The position numbers and the translations under genes are program-made. Below are positions 22,400 to 36,600 of a DNA stretch of 64,000 nt, in pieces. Below the pieces are notes generated by a model. The model saw nothing but the letters and a program-made list of their open reading frames with translations, was not told where the DNA came from and ran no database searches. The stretch's first letter is position 1; the number at the start of each line of letters is the position of its first letter. The stretch is from NCBI GenBank assembly GCA_036172245.1, contig JAYWIR010000004.1, positions 5,642,001-5,706,000 on the forward strand, written 5' to 3'. The DNA is from Raillietiella orientalis. Taxonomy: Eukaryota.

Positions 22400-23230
22400 T
22401 CTTCCAAGTGAGGCTACCTTGAAGCCGCTCTCATGTAGGCGGTTGCCATGCAGGTGGTCTCCCTCCACTGCTTCCACGACTCCAGCGCCGAGGAGCTGCC
22501 ACCGCGGGCCGTGATGATGGCGCGGACGCAATATGTCATTGCAATCGCGGCGTCCGTCTGGAGTCCGCCCCCTCCAGGAATCGCCGCAGCGAGTCCATGG
22601 AGGTGTCCTCAGGGTGCAGGGGCCACTGAAGGCGCCTTCGTCTCGGTTGGAGGGCACTGCAGTCTAGCAACGGTTGCGGGAAAACGGTTCAATCTTCCCG
22701 CGCCTTGGACCAAAGTTTGGGGACGCAGCTTCCCCGGAAACGAAGGAGACGATTGCGTCGGGGACCCCGCATGGGTCCAGCGCAATCAGAGCAGCCACTT
22801 GGTTTTCGGGGGATTTGTCTCTCCGAACTGTTGCGGGTTGCGGGGCGGTGGAATCGCTCCCGTACCTTTTGTTGGACTGCAATGCCCTGGAGGACTTGTG
22901 ACGCTTTGACGCTCCGACAACCGCAGGACACCGCTTTGGACTTGCTGCAATGCTTCTTCACCAGAGGTGAGCTGAAGAAGAGTACTGCAACAATCTGTTA
23001 CATCTGCGCCATAGTGATAGCCCGCCACTTGTTGGAGTCACCTCGTGGCGAATAGAGGTCACCAGCATGGCAGCAACCCTCATGAGGACAGCAGCAAGTT
23101 GGCCTCATCTGCCAGAAGTCGCCAGTGAGAGTGTCACCGTCCACAACTGCTCCTAGAGAGGAAGGAACGTCTTCAACCAACTACTCCTGTCCCCACCCTC
23201 CCGTCTTTTTTTATTTATTTATTGTCCCCT
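22400..23230 (+). mobile_element. LINE 3' fragment (copy F)
   Basis: PWTKVW, then AGCGAVESLPYLLLDC (zf-RVT-like), TICYICAIV and a T-rich 3' segment. Confidence 0.65.
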
Positions 23231-23849
23231 CCTTCAGTTTCCTACTTTTTGGAAGCCGGCCTGAGTGCCAGTGGTTATCCTGGAAGAATCTGTTTTTTTT
23301 TTTTGGCTTTTTTCGATTTCGAGGGGAAGTCTTCTTCCCCTCTTCCTTGTAGTTTGTTTTTTAAAATTAACGTCCCAACGTTACCAGGTGAAAACCGGGG
23401 ATCTCAATGCGGAAACAGGAAACATTTCGTGCTCCCCGTTTACAGGGAACACCGAAGTGTCCGCACACGAAGGAGGGACCACAAGTTTTTCGGTGGGGAA
23501 GTGGGTGGGTGGGTGGGGTACACAACCTTACTGAACAGTCGGCTGGTTCTCTTCCAGCTTCTCCAGAATTCTTCGGCGTTTGATGGATCCCGAAGTCCTA
23601 CTCTGCATTTTTTTCATTTCCAGCTTTTTTTTCTTCTTTTCTCATTGTTCATGTTTGCAGTAAACGCCTTGGCATTATAAAATCATCCCGGATTTCCCTG
23701 AGATTCTAAATAAATAAATTTTTCCAGGAGAAAATAAATAAAATTCATACAGTTAAAGAAGGACCGGCATGTTAAGGCCCGAAACCGGAGGAAACTACTC
23801 TGGGGGCAGAGCTAGGAAGAAGTGAAGGGAGAGGAGGAAGGAACAAGAA

Positions 23850-26800
23850 ATGAATGGGAATGACTCGGCCTTACGATGCTCCGCGTGATTCCTGAGGGAT
23901 CTGCATCCGGTAGCCAAGGCACAGGAAAAGGGGATGCGATCCCCCAGTGTCGGGTTAGCCTGCCTACAAATCGCCGGAAGGTTCCCTGGCACCTCTCGTC
24001 CCAGATTGGGCCATTTGAACGTCCTTCTTACGTGGACGATGGAGACTGCAAACGGTTCTCCGGGATGACGGCCGCACCACCCCTCCATTTGGGAGGTCAC
24101 CTCTGTTCGCACGAGGCAGAGGGTCGTCAGTGAGGAGGTGACTGGTCAGCCTGGAGAAGGGAGCACTGGAGAGCTGAAGTACATCAGCGATGCGCCTCCA
24201 TACCTGACTCGGTTTTCCGCATTCCGGAAGTACGTGAAGCAGGGTTCACATTATCCAGCAGCGGGTGCACTCTTCAAGGATGATCCTCCCTACGTTCTTC
24301 GCTTCGAGGTAGGAATGGGAGGACGAAGGTGTCGATCGGGAAGCCAGGAATACCTGGATTGTTCACGGGAAATGCCAGGAAACTCGATCCACCACCGGGA
24401 TGTAAAAGAAGCGGACTCGGGAGAGGCACTTCGATTTTCCTGGAAGACGACCCGTGCGGATTCGTCTGAAGTTCCACGTGCAATTGAAAGAAGCATCATC
24501 ATCCACTGTGATGTCAGTCTCTCGACTACCCGAAGGCTACGAAGTCTGAGTTTCTGGAAAACCACTGGAGACCTGTCTTGCGTTCGCGAATCTCGGACAG
24601 ATGGGATGGGGTAGGGCGGGTCCGCGGAGCAACCAGAGAGTGGTCGTCCGAAGAAGGCTGAAGCACGAGGACTTCTCACTCCAGGAACCTTCGTGTCTTT
24701 ATTGCCCAGCTGCTAACAGAGAGGAAGTCAAGGACAGCATGGAGATCTGAAGAGGCTGCGTAGGCCAAGAGAACATTCGGAAACAAATTCACAGTGAGAA
24801 GTTCTCTCGGGAAGAAATTCATGCATAAGATCAGAGCTTCAGCGTTCAGAAACATCCTTCTGAGAGAAAAAAAAAGAGAAGCTCTAAAGAGCGCGCACTT
24901 GCAGAAGAAACGTTCTGGAATCCATTTTTGCTGATTGCCTCGGGTCCGATGCTTTGTCAACTGAAGATCAGTTCCATCTGAAAACCGGGCGTGCAGCTGA
25001 ACAGATTCTCAAACAAGCAGAAGGCTGGAAGAGAGAAAATCTCCGCGGTCATGGAAGCGCCTTCTCAGAGAAAATCAAATATCTGCACCCTCTGGTTCTG
25101 TCTTTGTATCCACAGCACGAACGGATCGGCACTCACTCTTAGACGGAAGAGCTCGACTCGGCAGGATTCCCCAAAACTCTGGGCTATACGATGGCGCGGA
25201 GCATAGGATTCGGAAGAAGGGAGGCTATCCAGAAAGCCAAGAGAGGATTAGGAGAAGGGATGACTCAGCAGCTGAATTCATAGACAAGGAAAGTGATGGT
25301 CATTGCACCAGGGCAGATGAGGGATTCAGGAATCGAGCGCAAAAGTTTCCAGCCGAAAAGACGTGCTTGAAGACGGATCGGATTGCAAAACCTTCTGTCC
25401 TCCGAGTACACCTGCTACACCATGGATTCCTCCTCATTTGATGTCATCGACAGTAGTGCGAACCTCGGGGGAGTTTCCCAAAATTTATCTCCCTCTCCCA
25501 GGCAGGAGAGTTTCTTGTTCGCGAACGCGCACCAGGAACACATCGGATGCCCAAGCGAGTTTTCACGGAGTGCTGCGAAGAAGTCGGCATCCCTGGCTAC
25601 CCTTCACCCTGTTTGCCAAGTGAATCCACCAAGAAAGAGCCGTTCCCGTGCTTGCGGTTCGTCCAGCGTCCCCGTTTGTCTGCCTATTCTGAGAGGAAGA
25701 CAACAAAAGAGTTCCATTGTCCGTGTATCATGTCGATCATCTCTCTCCGCAGAATACATGGACCCTAATGTCACACGGACCGCGATAGCCACGAAAGACT
25801 ACAGTAATCTGAATGGGAACATGGAGTTGCCTCAGTTGACTGCAGTTGCCTCTTCCTTAAGTGACGCATGTCTCCATAACAAGCAAAAATGCCGGCAAGA
25901 TGACAAGGCAGAGAAAGTCTACCTGTGATCGATTCCAGAGGAATTCGAGGTCTCTGGGGTCTTCATGGGATCCTGATAGATCAGAGCGAGCGAAACGATC
26001 GAGAGAACATCTCTGGAGGAAGAGCGAGGTCACGCTGCGAGTACAAGTGGGTTTGTTTCCTCAGGTTGCATCCAGTGTCAGGTATCTTCCTCCAGTTTGA
26101 GTTCTCGGCTCCCGGAAGGGAACTTGCGGACAGTTTGGGAGGCTCAAGGTCGTTTCGACGACCCTGCCACTGCCTGGGTGTTGCCGGAGCTGTAGAAACC
26201 AGGGAACACTTTTGATAGTTTCCGGATCTTTTGCTTCCTTCTCTAGCCGTGTCGCAACAGTCAGCGGGCACTACCCTCGTTGTCTGGGGGTCCGGAACTT
26301 CGCTCATGTTGTGATGTGGCCCTACCTTAGTGCATTGGTGTTCCTCAGGGATCGAGAACTGAGAGAATTCCCACAGACGACCCCTCATGCAAGGTCATCC
26401 CCTTGACTTTCTTTTGAGCGCGCAGAGTTCCTATACTAAGCTGTTGTCATCTGTGGTGGCCCGTGCTACGAGTGGATCAACAGCTAAGCTGAATGAAGGA
26501 CACATGCTAAACATACGGCATGATGTGACAAAAAAACAAATCGAAAGATAGAGGATAGCTGATAGAAAGCAAAATTAGTCCCACAGGGTTGGATGAACTC
26601 TGATCCGTGGAAGGAAAGTTCCAGAAGATCTACTCCCAGGGTCGCCCTTACTGAATCTGGGGAAAAGAAGGAGGACGTTCCTGAGGTAAGTGAATTAAGG
26701 TGTTTTTGTCAACTAGCAGGCGTGGAGAGCACGGACGATAAAAGGAAAAATAGAGAAAGGGAAGATGACTGAATCTCGTGAGGGCTGCATGCTGTGGGGC

Positions 26801-27500
26801 AAGAAATGTCAGCGCGTCCTTCGTTTCCAGAGCTCGGTGATAGCCCACACGCGTGGGACTTTGAAAAGGGGACCTGAATACACTCGTGAGCACGCTGCTT
26901 CATCTGTCAGATCGTATTTTTTCCTTCTTTTCTTCCTTCTTCCCCAGAATTCCCACTGGTGAGTGACGTGGAAATCACACGAGCCAACGCTCAAGTGTGA
27001 CTGATTTCTGTGGACTTCGCAAGGGGGGAAGATGTCGCGATGCGCAGTATCTTCCCGAGCTCCTTTGCCTTTCGCCTCCCTAAAATGCAGCGCGTCGATT
27101 CGGGATTATCTCTCACGCAGGACTCACCTTGCTCGTGATTCGCGTCGCGCCTGCCCTCCGGGTGAGTAGTCAAGTTCGGACGGAGAGGCTTCCAAGAAGG
27201 AGGTGGGGGTAAGCGACAGCATCGTCTGAGTGACGAGTGCACCAGGGTACGATAGGGGAAAGGGTCCTGCAGGTTGCAAGGCAATGATGACCACCAGAAC
27301 GAAAGAGAGAAGCGGAAGATGAAAAAGGTATTTTCCTTACCGGCGGCAATTCTCCTCTGAGGCAGCCGACTGTATGAGAAGGAGCACTGGAAGCAGTGAT
27401 GGTGAGCCTACCTTCTAGGCTGTCCTGCATCTCCTCTCCATCTCCACTCCCGAGAGATGTCTGGCAAACTCGCAATCCAAAGTGCACGTGACCGACGTCA
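23850..27500 (-). mobile_element. Decayed LINE, ORF1/endonuclease to early RT (copy G)
   Basis: EKSSCF (about 24670), NNPGIPGFPIDTF and FAVSIVHVRRTF (cf. SLDxxKAF). The 5' part is less certain. Confidence 0.55.
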
Positions 27501-27679
27501 ACTCTCGAAGCTCACAATGGAGGGGGAACTTATCTGACCTACGGCCCTCGGGGGTCGAATTCACAATGTCTTACGAGCAGCCGAACAAGAAGAGCATGCA
27601 TATATACGAAGATTAGGATTGGCATATTCTACATGTGTGTGTGTGTATACATGCACGCCACATATATACCGAAACGACT

Positions 27680-27887
27680 AATGAGAATGTACCATATCAA
27701 AAAATGAAAGAAAAAAATCAATTTGTGTGGAAGGGCGAAGGAGGAAAGGCCACTAAGATCCCCTGCATCCTGCTAGCAAGGATCCTGGCAAGTTCTTCCT
27801 TTAAATCCTCGAGACAAGGACACCTTGTTCTCCTCAAGAGGGGAGTCATCATGGAGTTTTCTTCGCGCTGTCCTCTTTTTCGGCTGT
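27680..27887 (-). mobile_element. About 200 bp LINE 3'-end fragment (copy H)
   Basis: Aligns by eye, in inverted orientation, to 21925-22135 (shared CTGCATCCTG, CCTTTAAATCCTC, TTGTTCTCCTCAAGA, TTTCGGCTG). Encodes LEDLKEELARIL..RMQ. Confidence 0.75.
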
Positions 27888-28240
27888 ACAGAAACACTAT
27901 AAACACGTAGTGTATATGCGTAACTATGCATCTGCACGCGCACTGCACGTGTCTGCACGTGATGCAGATTGCGTACGTACATGTATCGTGCATTGTACAT
28001 GCATGCACTGTGTGTGTGTGTGTGCATGCTCACGTGAAATGAACATTTATGTACTGCAAGCGGCGTACATGCACGTTTATGAGCACTGTACATATGTATT
28101 CACACCACATCCATATCTACACACACTATATATGCATACAGTGCCTATACGCGTATACTGTGTAATTGTATATATATCCACTATATGCATGCAGTATGTA
28201 CACATGTATTATTGCATACACATGCACGTATACATTATAA
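27888..28240. repeat. Degenerate (TA/CA/TG)n low-complexity tract; similar sequence at about 27595-27670
   Basis: Dominated by TGCA, TACA, TATA, TGTA and CACA words. Confidence 0.85.
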
Positions 28241-28656
28241 ATCTCCCGGGAGCTTCCAAGATCATGGAAACTTTCTCTCCACCCAATCAGCTTCTTAGGA
28301 CTTCCAATTGTTGCAGTCCGGAATTTGTTCAATCGGATTTCGGTCCAGGTCCGGAAAGAAAGATCCGTGGCTGGAGCTGAGATTTCCTGAGGAAGTCTCC
28401 TAAATCATGGGTATTTTGGGATCAGGAATCGGCGAAGCCATTTCCTGCGTTTCCAGGCTGGAGAAACGGTTCCTCCTCTCTCATCCGGAGTGATCTCGAA
28501 GCTTCACTCGACGAACCGTACGAAAACGAAACACGGGGAATATGGAAAGCGAAAATCTTATCAGCGCGCGAGAAGGGAATGCCCGCATCCCGAGAAAACT
28601 ATTAGCGAAAAATTCCCGATGAGGGGAGGGCGAGAATCCGCATGGCCTCCTTTTTC

Positions 28657-28692
<36 letters not shown>

Positions 28693-29199
28693 CCTTTACG
28701 GGCGCGCCAACTCTTACCCAGTCGGAGGGCACGCGCGCACGCGCATGGCAAAGCGCGCGGAGAGGTACGGGGATGGGGGAAGGGGGGGGAGGGAGGTACT
28801 GCCTGTTAGCACACTTTGCGGAAATTCCCTTCCTGATGGAGAATCGCCGGTCCGGAGGAGGGAGGCTGTGCCGAGAGGTTTCACGGAGCACTCAATCTGG
28901 TTGTGCGAAGGGGAAGCAGCTCGTAAAAATTTCTGAAGAAGGAAGGAAGGAGAGGGGGGGGGGGGGATCGACAAAAAAGCGACGGTCGCTCCGCCGCCAC
29001 CGGAGCCTAGGAAAGTTGCTCAGTGCACAGGGAAAACCTATGCTTGGTCTGCAGAGGAAGAATTGGCAGATACGCATCTCCAATAAAGAATCAGCCAATG
29101 AGATGCCATAAATTCTTATTCGATTCGGGACTCAATTACCGTTAAAGCATCTCGTGGCGAGACAGCTTACTTCATAGCCTCATCATCGCCTCCAATCAG

Positions 29200-31950
29200 A
29201 GGGTGGCACTTCGTGCCGCGCTATATTTAGCGTCCCTTGCTTTCGGAGAACCTGTTCCCGGTTTCCCGGCTCGTTTACGTCGACGGGCATCGAACTAAAT
29301 CCCCTCTCCCTTTCGGATTTCTTCCGCTCCCACGTCCTGGTGAGCACTGATGCAGGCGGCGGCACGAAGAGAGGGTCCCTCGTGTACCCACAGAGAGGTA
29401 CCCGAAGGACCTGGCCACCGAGAACGCAGACTTTTGATGCCGCTGGGGTCAGAGTACCGTGAGTGACACCCTGACATCAACTTGAGAGTCACGGCCCCGT
29501 GGCTGCTCGACCCTCGGTTGGCAAACGTTGAAAAGGAATGACCATGCTAGCTCTAGGAATTTCTCAAGACCCAGGACGATCGTCCTATTCCCTAGTCGGA
29601 GGAAAGCCAAAAAAAAAAAAAAAAATTGTACGATGCAGCATCCCTTCCTTCCATAGGATAGGGGAGGAGGGGTGCTGCTGCAGGCATTATCAGAGAAGAA
29701 CGACGAGAACACCCGAAGAAAACGACGGAGGAAGAAACGAAGACCACCTTTGGCACCTTCATCCCTTCACCAAGAGGCATGGCGCCTTGACGGACTGCCT
29801 CAAGAAAGCGACGCACGGAATGCGGGAGATGCTGGACGGCAGGCAAAGTAACTATCAACTCAGAGCCGTCTCAGAGACCTGACACCTGCCGAAGAAGGGG
29901 GAATCGCGTCATAAGGCTCGCCACATGCTGCCCATTGAAAGAACAACTACAACGTCCAAGAGGAGGAGCGAAAGAGAAGCAGGAAAATGCGGGGATGCAT
30001 GCGCTTTCCCTTTCGCTCGCACGGGGAACCCAAGGAACCCAAGGATCAGTTTGTGCAGTTATCGTCAGGTTATCGAGATTCCACGATTGACGATGCTCTG
30101 CAAGAGCTTGAAATTTCAAGAACGTACCTGAACCGACTCTCCTTATTTAGCGAACGGAGGGGGGAAGGCAGAAGATCTTTCCCATCTTCACCATCTCAAT
30201 GTCCTGTCCGTCCTGTTCTGCCTGTACGAAATCATGGTATCATTTCCAAAAATCCTTTCTCCACATCTAAATCAGTTGGTACCTGTTCTTCTTGGGCGTC
30301 GGTGTCGATGTTCTGAGAGATTCCTTCATTGGAGGGATGATCGAATCTATGAGTAGATTAGACACCGCGCTATGTTGGATGTTAGGGACAACCGTAACTC
30401 TACTCATTCTGATACAGCGAAGGGATCTCCAGTTCTCGCGTCACCTCTTTATTCTGGGAATCCCGGGACTCTAGAAAGCCAACAAGCAGGACTTGGATGG
30501 TCATCTGAACATCCTCCGTAGATAGTGAGGCAGTCAAGCCTTGGCATTTGGTCTCCTTCCTTTCTCGAACACTTCTGAACAGGGGTGCTGTCGAAAGACA
30601 GCATCCCGAATGACCATCCTCATTCCCTTGTTTAGCACTAGGTTCGACGCAGGACAATGGTGTCTTACAACATCCAACACAGCTTGCACATGTCCTGAGC
30701 AAATCGGTTAGAACACCGTCCTACCAACCGAGCTCGAACCTACAAATTCGAGTCTCCACCTAACCACCAACTTCTCTTTGACTTCTCTTTGCACCAATTA
30801 GCATGCAAACAGATTTGGCTCAACAGCGAAAATCTCTAATGACAAAATTGACTAAGGGTTGGCTTAGCAACTTCAGGTTTGGTGGCGCGCTGTGGTTGAG
30901 AAAGAAGAGTCTGAAAGTGATTGCAGGCTCAGAGACGTAACTTCACAGTTTTTCGAAAGCCGCTACTTGCTTGGATGATCCGGGTGAGCAGGTTTCACCT
31001 GTCCACCCGTTTCCCAGTCTGAAAACAGCGCTGCCACAAGAAAGAGCAAGAATAATCCCTTCACCTCAGACGCCGCGCCAAGAGGAATTTATCGAAGACT
31101 GACAACTGTCAGTCTTCGATATTGATGTTTTTCTTGTCGTTCATGAAATCCTTTGCTCCTAGTGACCTCCATTTGTCTTTTTTCTGTCTTTGCGATGATG
31201 TATCGGTCTCCAGAACAGAGTGTTGGTTTCCTCTTTCTTTCAGTAAAGCAGCTTCCCATACTCTCTTTGCTTCCACACTCTGGAGTATCCTGCATCGTAT
31301 CCAAGACCGCTCTTAACATGGTGTTCAAAAGGATTTGTGGAATAAACAAAATAGAGCTCCCGACATACATAGGAAGGGAATTCGATCTCATCAATTCTCT
31401 GTTGAATGCTCTACATTGATGAAGCGGTCCTAAGGCTATCGACTTGTCAAACTTGACAGCACCGTGTCAAGAGATCGAAATCCATTTGTGAGTCAAATGA
31501 AACACTACACCGCTCCCAAATGAGATCAGCTGATTTTTGAACTTCATCAGAAGAATGGATACCGGCAAGCCATCCCAAAAATCTTATTGTAACTGCAGAG
31601 GAGTAGCAGGAAACGAAATCTGAGTTTGTGAGGCGAATACGGGAGCTCCCAAAGGCAGAACATCACAAATGTCTCAGTTTCTAGAAGCACCTAAGATGCT
31701 CAAAGGCCATACTGATTTTCAAATCAGTGTTCAAATAAGAAAATTTCAAAGTTGCCACAGTTGAGCGATCACGTGTTCATTTCCGTCTCGGATGCAAACT
31801 GCGCAGTATGCAGAAGACTTCGAGGCTGTGGGATCCGCAACTTCGAACGAAACCACGTCACCAAACTCGTATTCTGATGATCTCTGAACCTCTTTGCACT
31901 CAGGACTCTCCACGCCGCGTTCTCTATATCTGATCACCAGGATTTCCAAA
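29200..31950 (+). mobile_element. Decayed LINE ORF2 (copy I)
   Basis: HGEPKEPKDQF, GVGVDVLRDSF...LILIQ and ATCLDD (30962-30979) in order. Confidence 0.5.
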
Positions 31951-32061
31951 CTACTCTGCTAAGCTGGCAGATAAATTTCTAGGGTAGTAGTTTACTCAAA
32001 CAACAAATTAGCAATTAGCAGCCTAAATATGAAAGCATGGAAAAAGTGTTTCAAAGAATAA

Positions 32062-32176
32062 AGGACTATCTAAAGAGTAGAGGAATGTCTGAAGATTTCT
32101 AAAGAGTGATATCTAAAGAAATGGATATCTTAAGATATCTAAAGAGGAATACCTAAAGAGTAAAGGAATATCTAAA
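32062..32176. repeat. Degenerate minisatellite, core ATCTAAAGAG
   Basis: About 7-8 variants of ATCTAAAGA in 115 bp. Confidence 0.8.
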
Positions 32177-32299
32177 TGCTTACAATCCTGAAAAATGCTC
32201 AATTAAGGACTTGGCGATGAAAAGCACCACTCGGGACTTTTGAAAATAAACGCCTTAGAATCTTGGGGATTGAGCACCATCCATCCGTAGATCTCTCGA

Positions 32300-33250
32300 A
32301 ATTTGAAGAGTGAAAAATTATTTGCATGCATTCTTTCCAGATAGGAATCGCAGACTAGTGGTTTTTCTGCTAGCAGAGCTCCAAAAGCACTTCCTGATAG
32401 AAAACACAGGACTCTTCTGGGAACTTCTGAGTATAGCCCATTAAAACAATTTAGAGCATCTTACGTAGAGTCTTAATCTTTATTCCCATGTCCAAGTGAA
32501 TCTTTGTGATAGTCCTCTCATGAGGTATGGACGTATTTAGACTGTCCGTGTGCCATTGATTTCTCGTCCTGTGTTTCGATCAAATGCAAAAGCCCTATTT
32601 ATTAGACAGTGACTTTAGCAAGGAGTTGCTCGAGTTTACTGGATTTACGAAACAGGGACTTTTCTTCTCAATAAGGAAAAAAAGCTGCTGTTTGATGAGT
32701 CGACACCATACGGAAGGCTGATGTTCCTCGGATTCTGTGCTGTGAAACTTTGAAATCTGAGCCAAGGTCACAGCTGAACTTCACGAATTACCTGATGGAA
32801 CTCTTTATCGGTCTCTGAGTGCTTTCTACTGAAAGGTACTCTATTTAGGGGCTAACCTTCCAGGTCAGGAAACTTCTAGAACGTCTCCACTTGTGATGCG
32901 TCGCTTATGCTTTGTTAACCACAGAAGATAATTCTTATCAGCACACAAATTAGCAGTTTAGGCAACTGCTTAGCTATCTGGACTCACTTTTCTAAATGCT
33001 GTTGCTTATCTTAAGCAACTCTTTGGCACATTATCACCGCTTCGTTCAGTCCCTGAGATTCTAACTCTTCCACGGACAAGTGCCTGTGACCATAAATACC
33101 GAACGGATTAAGATTATGTATGCATGGTGTTCATACTCTATCTAATTCTTGCATGGATGAACACCCGTAACATCGTAAACACCGGCAAGTAACGTTCTGT
33201 GGGTGAGCGTTTTGAAGAAAGGGAAGGGTTGCAACTACTTGATTCTTTCG
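32300..33250 (-). mobile_element. Possible very decayed RT fragment (copy J)
   Basis: PRNISL followed by IHLDMG on the - strand; weak. Confidence 0.3.
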
Positions 33251-34699
33251 ATTCATCGAGCTAAGAACAAACATGAAGCGGGAGCGAAACGCTTTAACCC
33301 GTTTAAGCCCCCCTCCGCGTCCAAACAGCCAGGTATGCGAGACACGTGTGACAGCGAGATCTTCCGCTGATCGAGGAAAGTACTCGAGAAGTGAACCTTT
33401 TCCGGATAAAAATTCTTCAGGTTGGGGAATGTACCGAGGCGGCTGCTTTTACAGAAAGGAAAGTTCCCTAACAGACTTATTCCGATCGATTCGTTGTCTT
33501 AAAGAAAGTTTCCAGAGTGTATCTACAGCGTTTTTGGAAGGAAGTTGACAACCTTGGAATCTAAAACAGGATCGGAGAAACCCTTCTCACATAGGAAGTT
33601 TCCAAAGATCATTGCAAATTAGCTGGAAGCGACTGAAGCTGTTGATGGACTTCAACGTCAGGAATCATAATTACAGGTGCAAGGAGAAAATTGGTGTTCA
33701 TCAGCGAGCTCCCCGTTCTGTGTCTAAAAAGATCGAAGGATCAGCTTTGGAATTCTCTGCATACACATTGAGGGTCCAGGAGTGATGGCTTGTACTACGA
33801 AGCTATGAAAACGATCGCCGAAAATGTAGAAAAAAAGCAAAAAAGGAACGACAGTTATCTGGGAAAATGCAATCCTTAGATCGGAGATGAATTTCAGGGA
33901 TGGAATTTTGAAATGGAAGGGAAGAAAGCTGATGAGATCCAGAGTTATAACAAAACTGCAGAGCGAATGGGAGCTCTGTACAACATTTGTTAGTGAAACG
34001 ACTGACAGCTGGCAACCATGTCTAAATGATCATTTTGATGGAGAACGGGACCGAGGTCGCTTGTGTGGAAATTCCACAACTGCATCGGGTGTGATGCCCG
34101 GAAACCACATGCTGTGCGGTAAGTGCTGCATGCGATGGCTTTTTAAACGACTTCTGTAATTCATGCTCATCACCTAAGATTTGAAGAAGAAAAGAGGATT
34201 TAGACGCAAAAGGACTCGAAAATTAGAAAAAAAAAAAAAACAATTTTTCATTAGGGGCTTCTTGGAACTCGAGCTGCAGCTTCAACAGTTGGAGCAAACC
34301 ATTAGGTAAGAGTTGGTTTGGAAACAGTATTTTTGCAATGGGATTTCTCCGATCTAAAGCAAGAGGAAATTCAGGAATTTCCATATCGATCTTTCCTGTA
34401 GAAAGAACAAGAGCTTTCGGAAATGCAATCATTTTATACTGGAGGCTCTTTTTCCTTCGAGGCGTAAGAAGTTAATGAATCGTTAGTTTTTGCAAGCAAT
34501 GGACGACTTCCTAGTTGTCTTCAGGTAGTGAAATGCTCAAAAAGTGAAAGTGAAGAAAGAAGAGACAAGCATTGTGATGATGACGGTCCTGAAAAAGACA
34601 ATAGAAATCGATACGCGAGTTATTATCTTTAAGGAGGTGAATAATTACTTCAATTAGTGAGAGTGCTTATTTAGCCTTTGCACAGAACGGAAGTTAATA

Positions 34700-36600
34700 A
34701 CTAAGTGATGCCTGACATGCCGCTGACGCACATCACACGAGACGAACTGCGGTCTCATCCAGCAATCGAGCATCAGGCAAAAAGGCGATCTACACTCTTT
34801 AGAATGCACTGGAGGACGAATGAGAGATGCGAGTCGATAGAATTCCTAAATTAATTTGTGCAAGCTTCAAGGCCTCTTCAGACGACGAGAGGGAGATTCG
34901 GTCCAACCCAGTAGCACAACACCACACATATATAAAGCAGGTGTCACGGCGTTAAGAGCAGTCTCGTAAGATGCATGCCGCAACTTTTTGAAGTGGCAGC
35001 AGAACAGATCCTCGAGTAGTAAATCAAAGGGCAACTTCGCAAAGACAAATTAGTTACAGAAGTACAGCTTTGAGCGGGAGCGAGGGGATATCCGGTAACG
35101 AAAAGGAGACTTGGACAAAATCCGTTGTGATTTTCGATTGTGTGGGTGGGGATACCACCAGATGACAGAGTGAGCCGCGAGGAGGCAAAAAAGTCCACCG
35201 TGGAACTTTCTACATGGTTCGAGTTGCGAGGAATTCGAACGCCTTCGAAACCCAACCCGTGGGGATCAGCCACAGGGAAAAAGGTCAGTTCGGGCTCTCC
35301 GACCTGTGCCTGCTCTCCCTCCCTGAATTTCTTTCTTATTGAATAGCCTAAAGGTTTCTGTGCGGGAAGACGGACGTTGCGGGCGTTCTTGCGCTACCTC
35401 CTTCAGTTGCAGCGACCACTGGCACTCTGGGAAGGCGACCCCGCGAGAACAGAGAGATGGAGTGGGGCACCTCCAGCTTTGAGGCACCTTTGTAATGCGG
35501 TCGCGCTGTCGTGGAAGACTCGTTTTGAAGGAGAAGGACGAACTGAAATTGAAATCTAGATCCTAAGGAAAGGGATGAAGATTCTCTTTGCTTTCGGCTT
35601 GGTTAGGGGCCAACAAATGCGGCCATGCAGGCACTGAGAAGAAACGAAAGAATCGAATCCTGGGAACGTCATTCGACTCTTTGCCGGGAGCAAAAATAAA
35701 AAGAGACCCTCGTGTTCCCATCCCATTCGAAGGAAAGCAGTGTAAGTGCAGGCGAACCTATCCACTTCTCAAATCATCCCCAGCAGTGATACTCCATTGA
35801 ATTTTCTGATGCGTCACCGTTTGCTCCTCCATTCTCCTTTCCTCTTCGTTTGTTTTCCTTTTATTGGGTGGTTCCGAACGAGCTCTTGGTTTACTTCTCC
35901 CATTTCCCTCTAGAAGAGCCATTCCAGCGTCGATTTCACGAACTGCTTTCATTTTAAGGCCCCGTCTCTAACCGTTGCGGTTCCATCCAATTATGTTTTT
36001 TTTCCTTCGCTGTTTCCTCACTGGATTTTAGCTCTGGAGAGAATAAAAGTTGTGGGGCGTCCTCGCCGCATTTGCAAACTTCCTGCCTACTGCCACTCTG
36101 CACCATGGTAAAAGTCCTGGAAATGTTGGCTTGACGCTCTTGGTAAAGCTGCGATCTCCGACGTCCGCTTTCCGCCTTCCTTCGTGGGTCGGCTCATCCT
36201 GGAACAAGCGAAGGATAAAATTTTCACCCTCATCTTTCTCTCGGTGCTCTTTCGGAACTTTGCAGTTCCTTTATCGCCAATTTTTCTGCTACCCACCTGA
36301 GACTGAGGACTCTACAATCAGAGCGGACCGTGTTTCTTCATCATCACAAAGAGAACTGGCGGTCAGCCTCGAGCGAAACCCCAGCGGAACAATCCGAGAG
36401 GTGAAGAACGGTTCCGGGTACACACGGACAAACGCAAGAGGCGCTTCAGGAGAGCTTTCGGAACGGGCATCCCGGGAACTGCAATTTTTCTGGTAATCCC
36501 ATCTCTCTCTGGAAACAGAAATCCTGCAGGTGACATGAGATTCTTCGTTGCTTGCCACTGGTTGCTTTCCTTCAGAAGTCTCCTCATTTTTCGTTGATCT
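34700..36600 (+). mobile_element. Decayed LINE RT fragment (copy K)
   Basis: GSPTCACSPSLNFFLIE (cf. QGCPLSPxLFxLxIE), IKVVG (cf. KxLG) and RELQFFW. Interrupted at about 35550-36040. Confidence 0.5.

Noticed and set aside
30728..30770. tRNA or SINE A-box and B-box on the minus strand (TGGTTAGGTGG ... GGTTCGAGC)
   Set aside because: The boxes are only about 15 nt apart, there is no cloverleaf, and the site lies inside LINE copy I.
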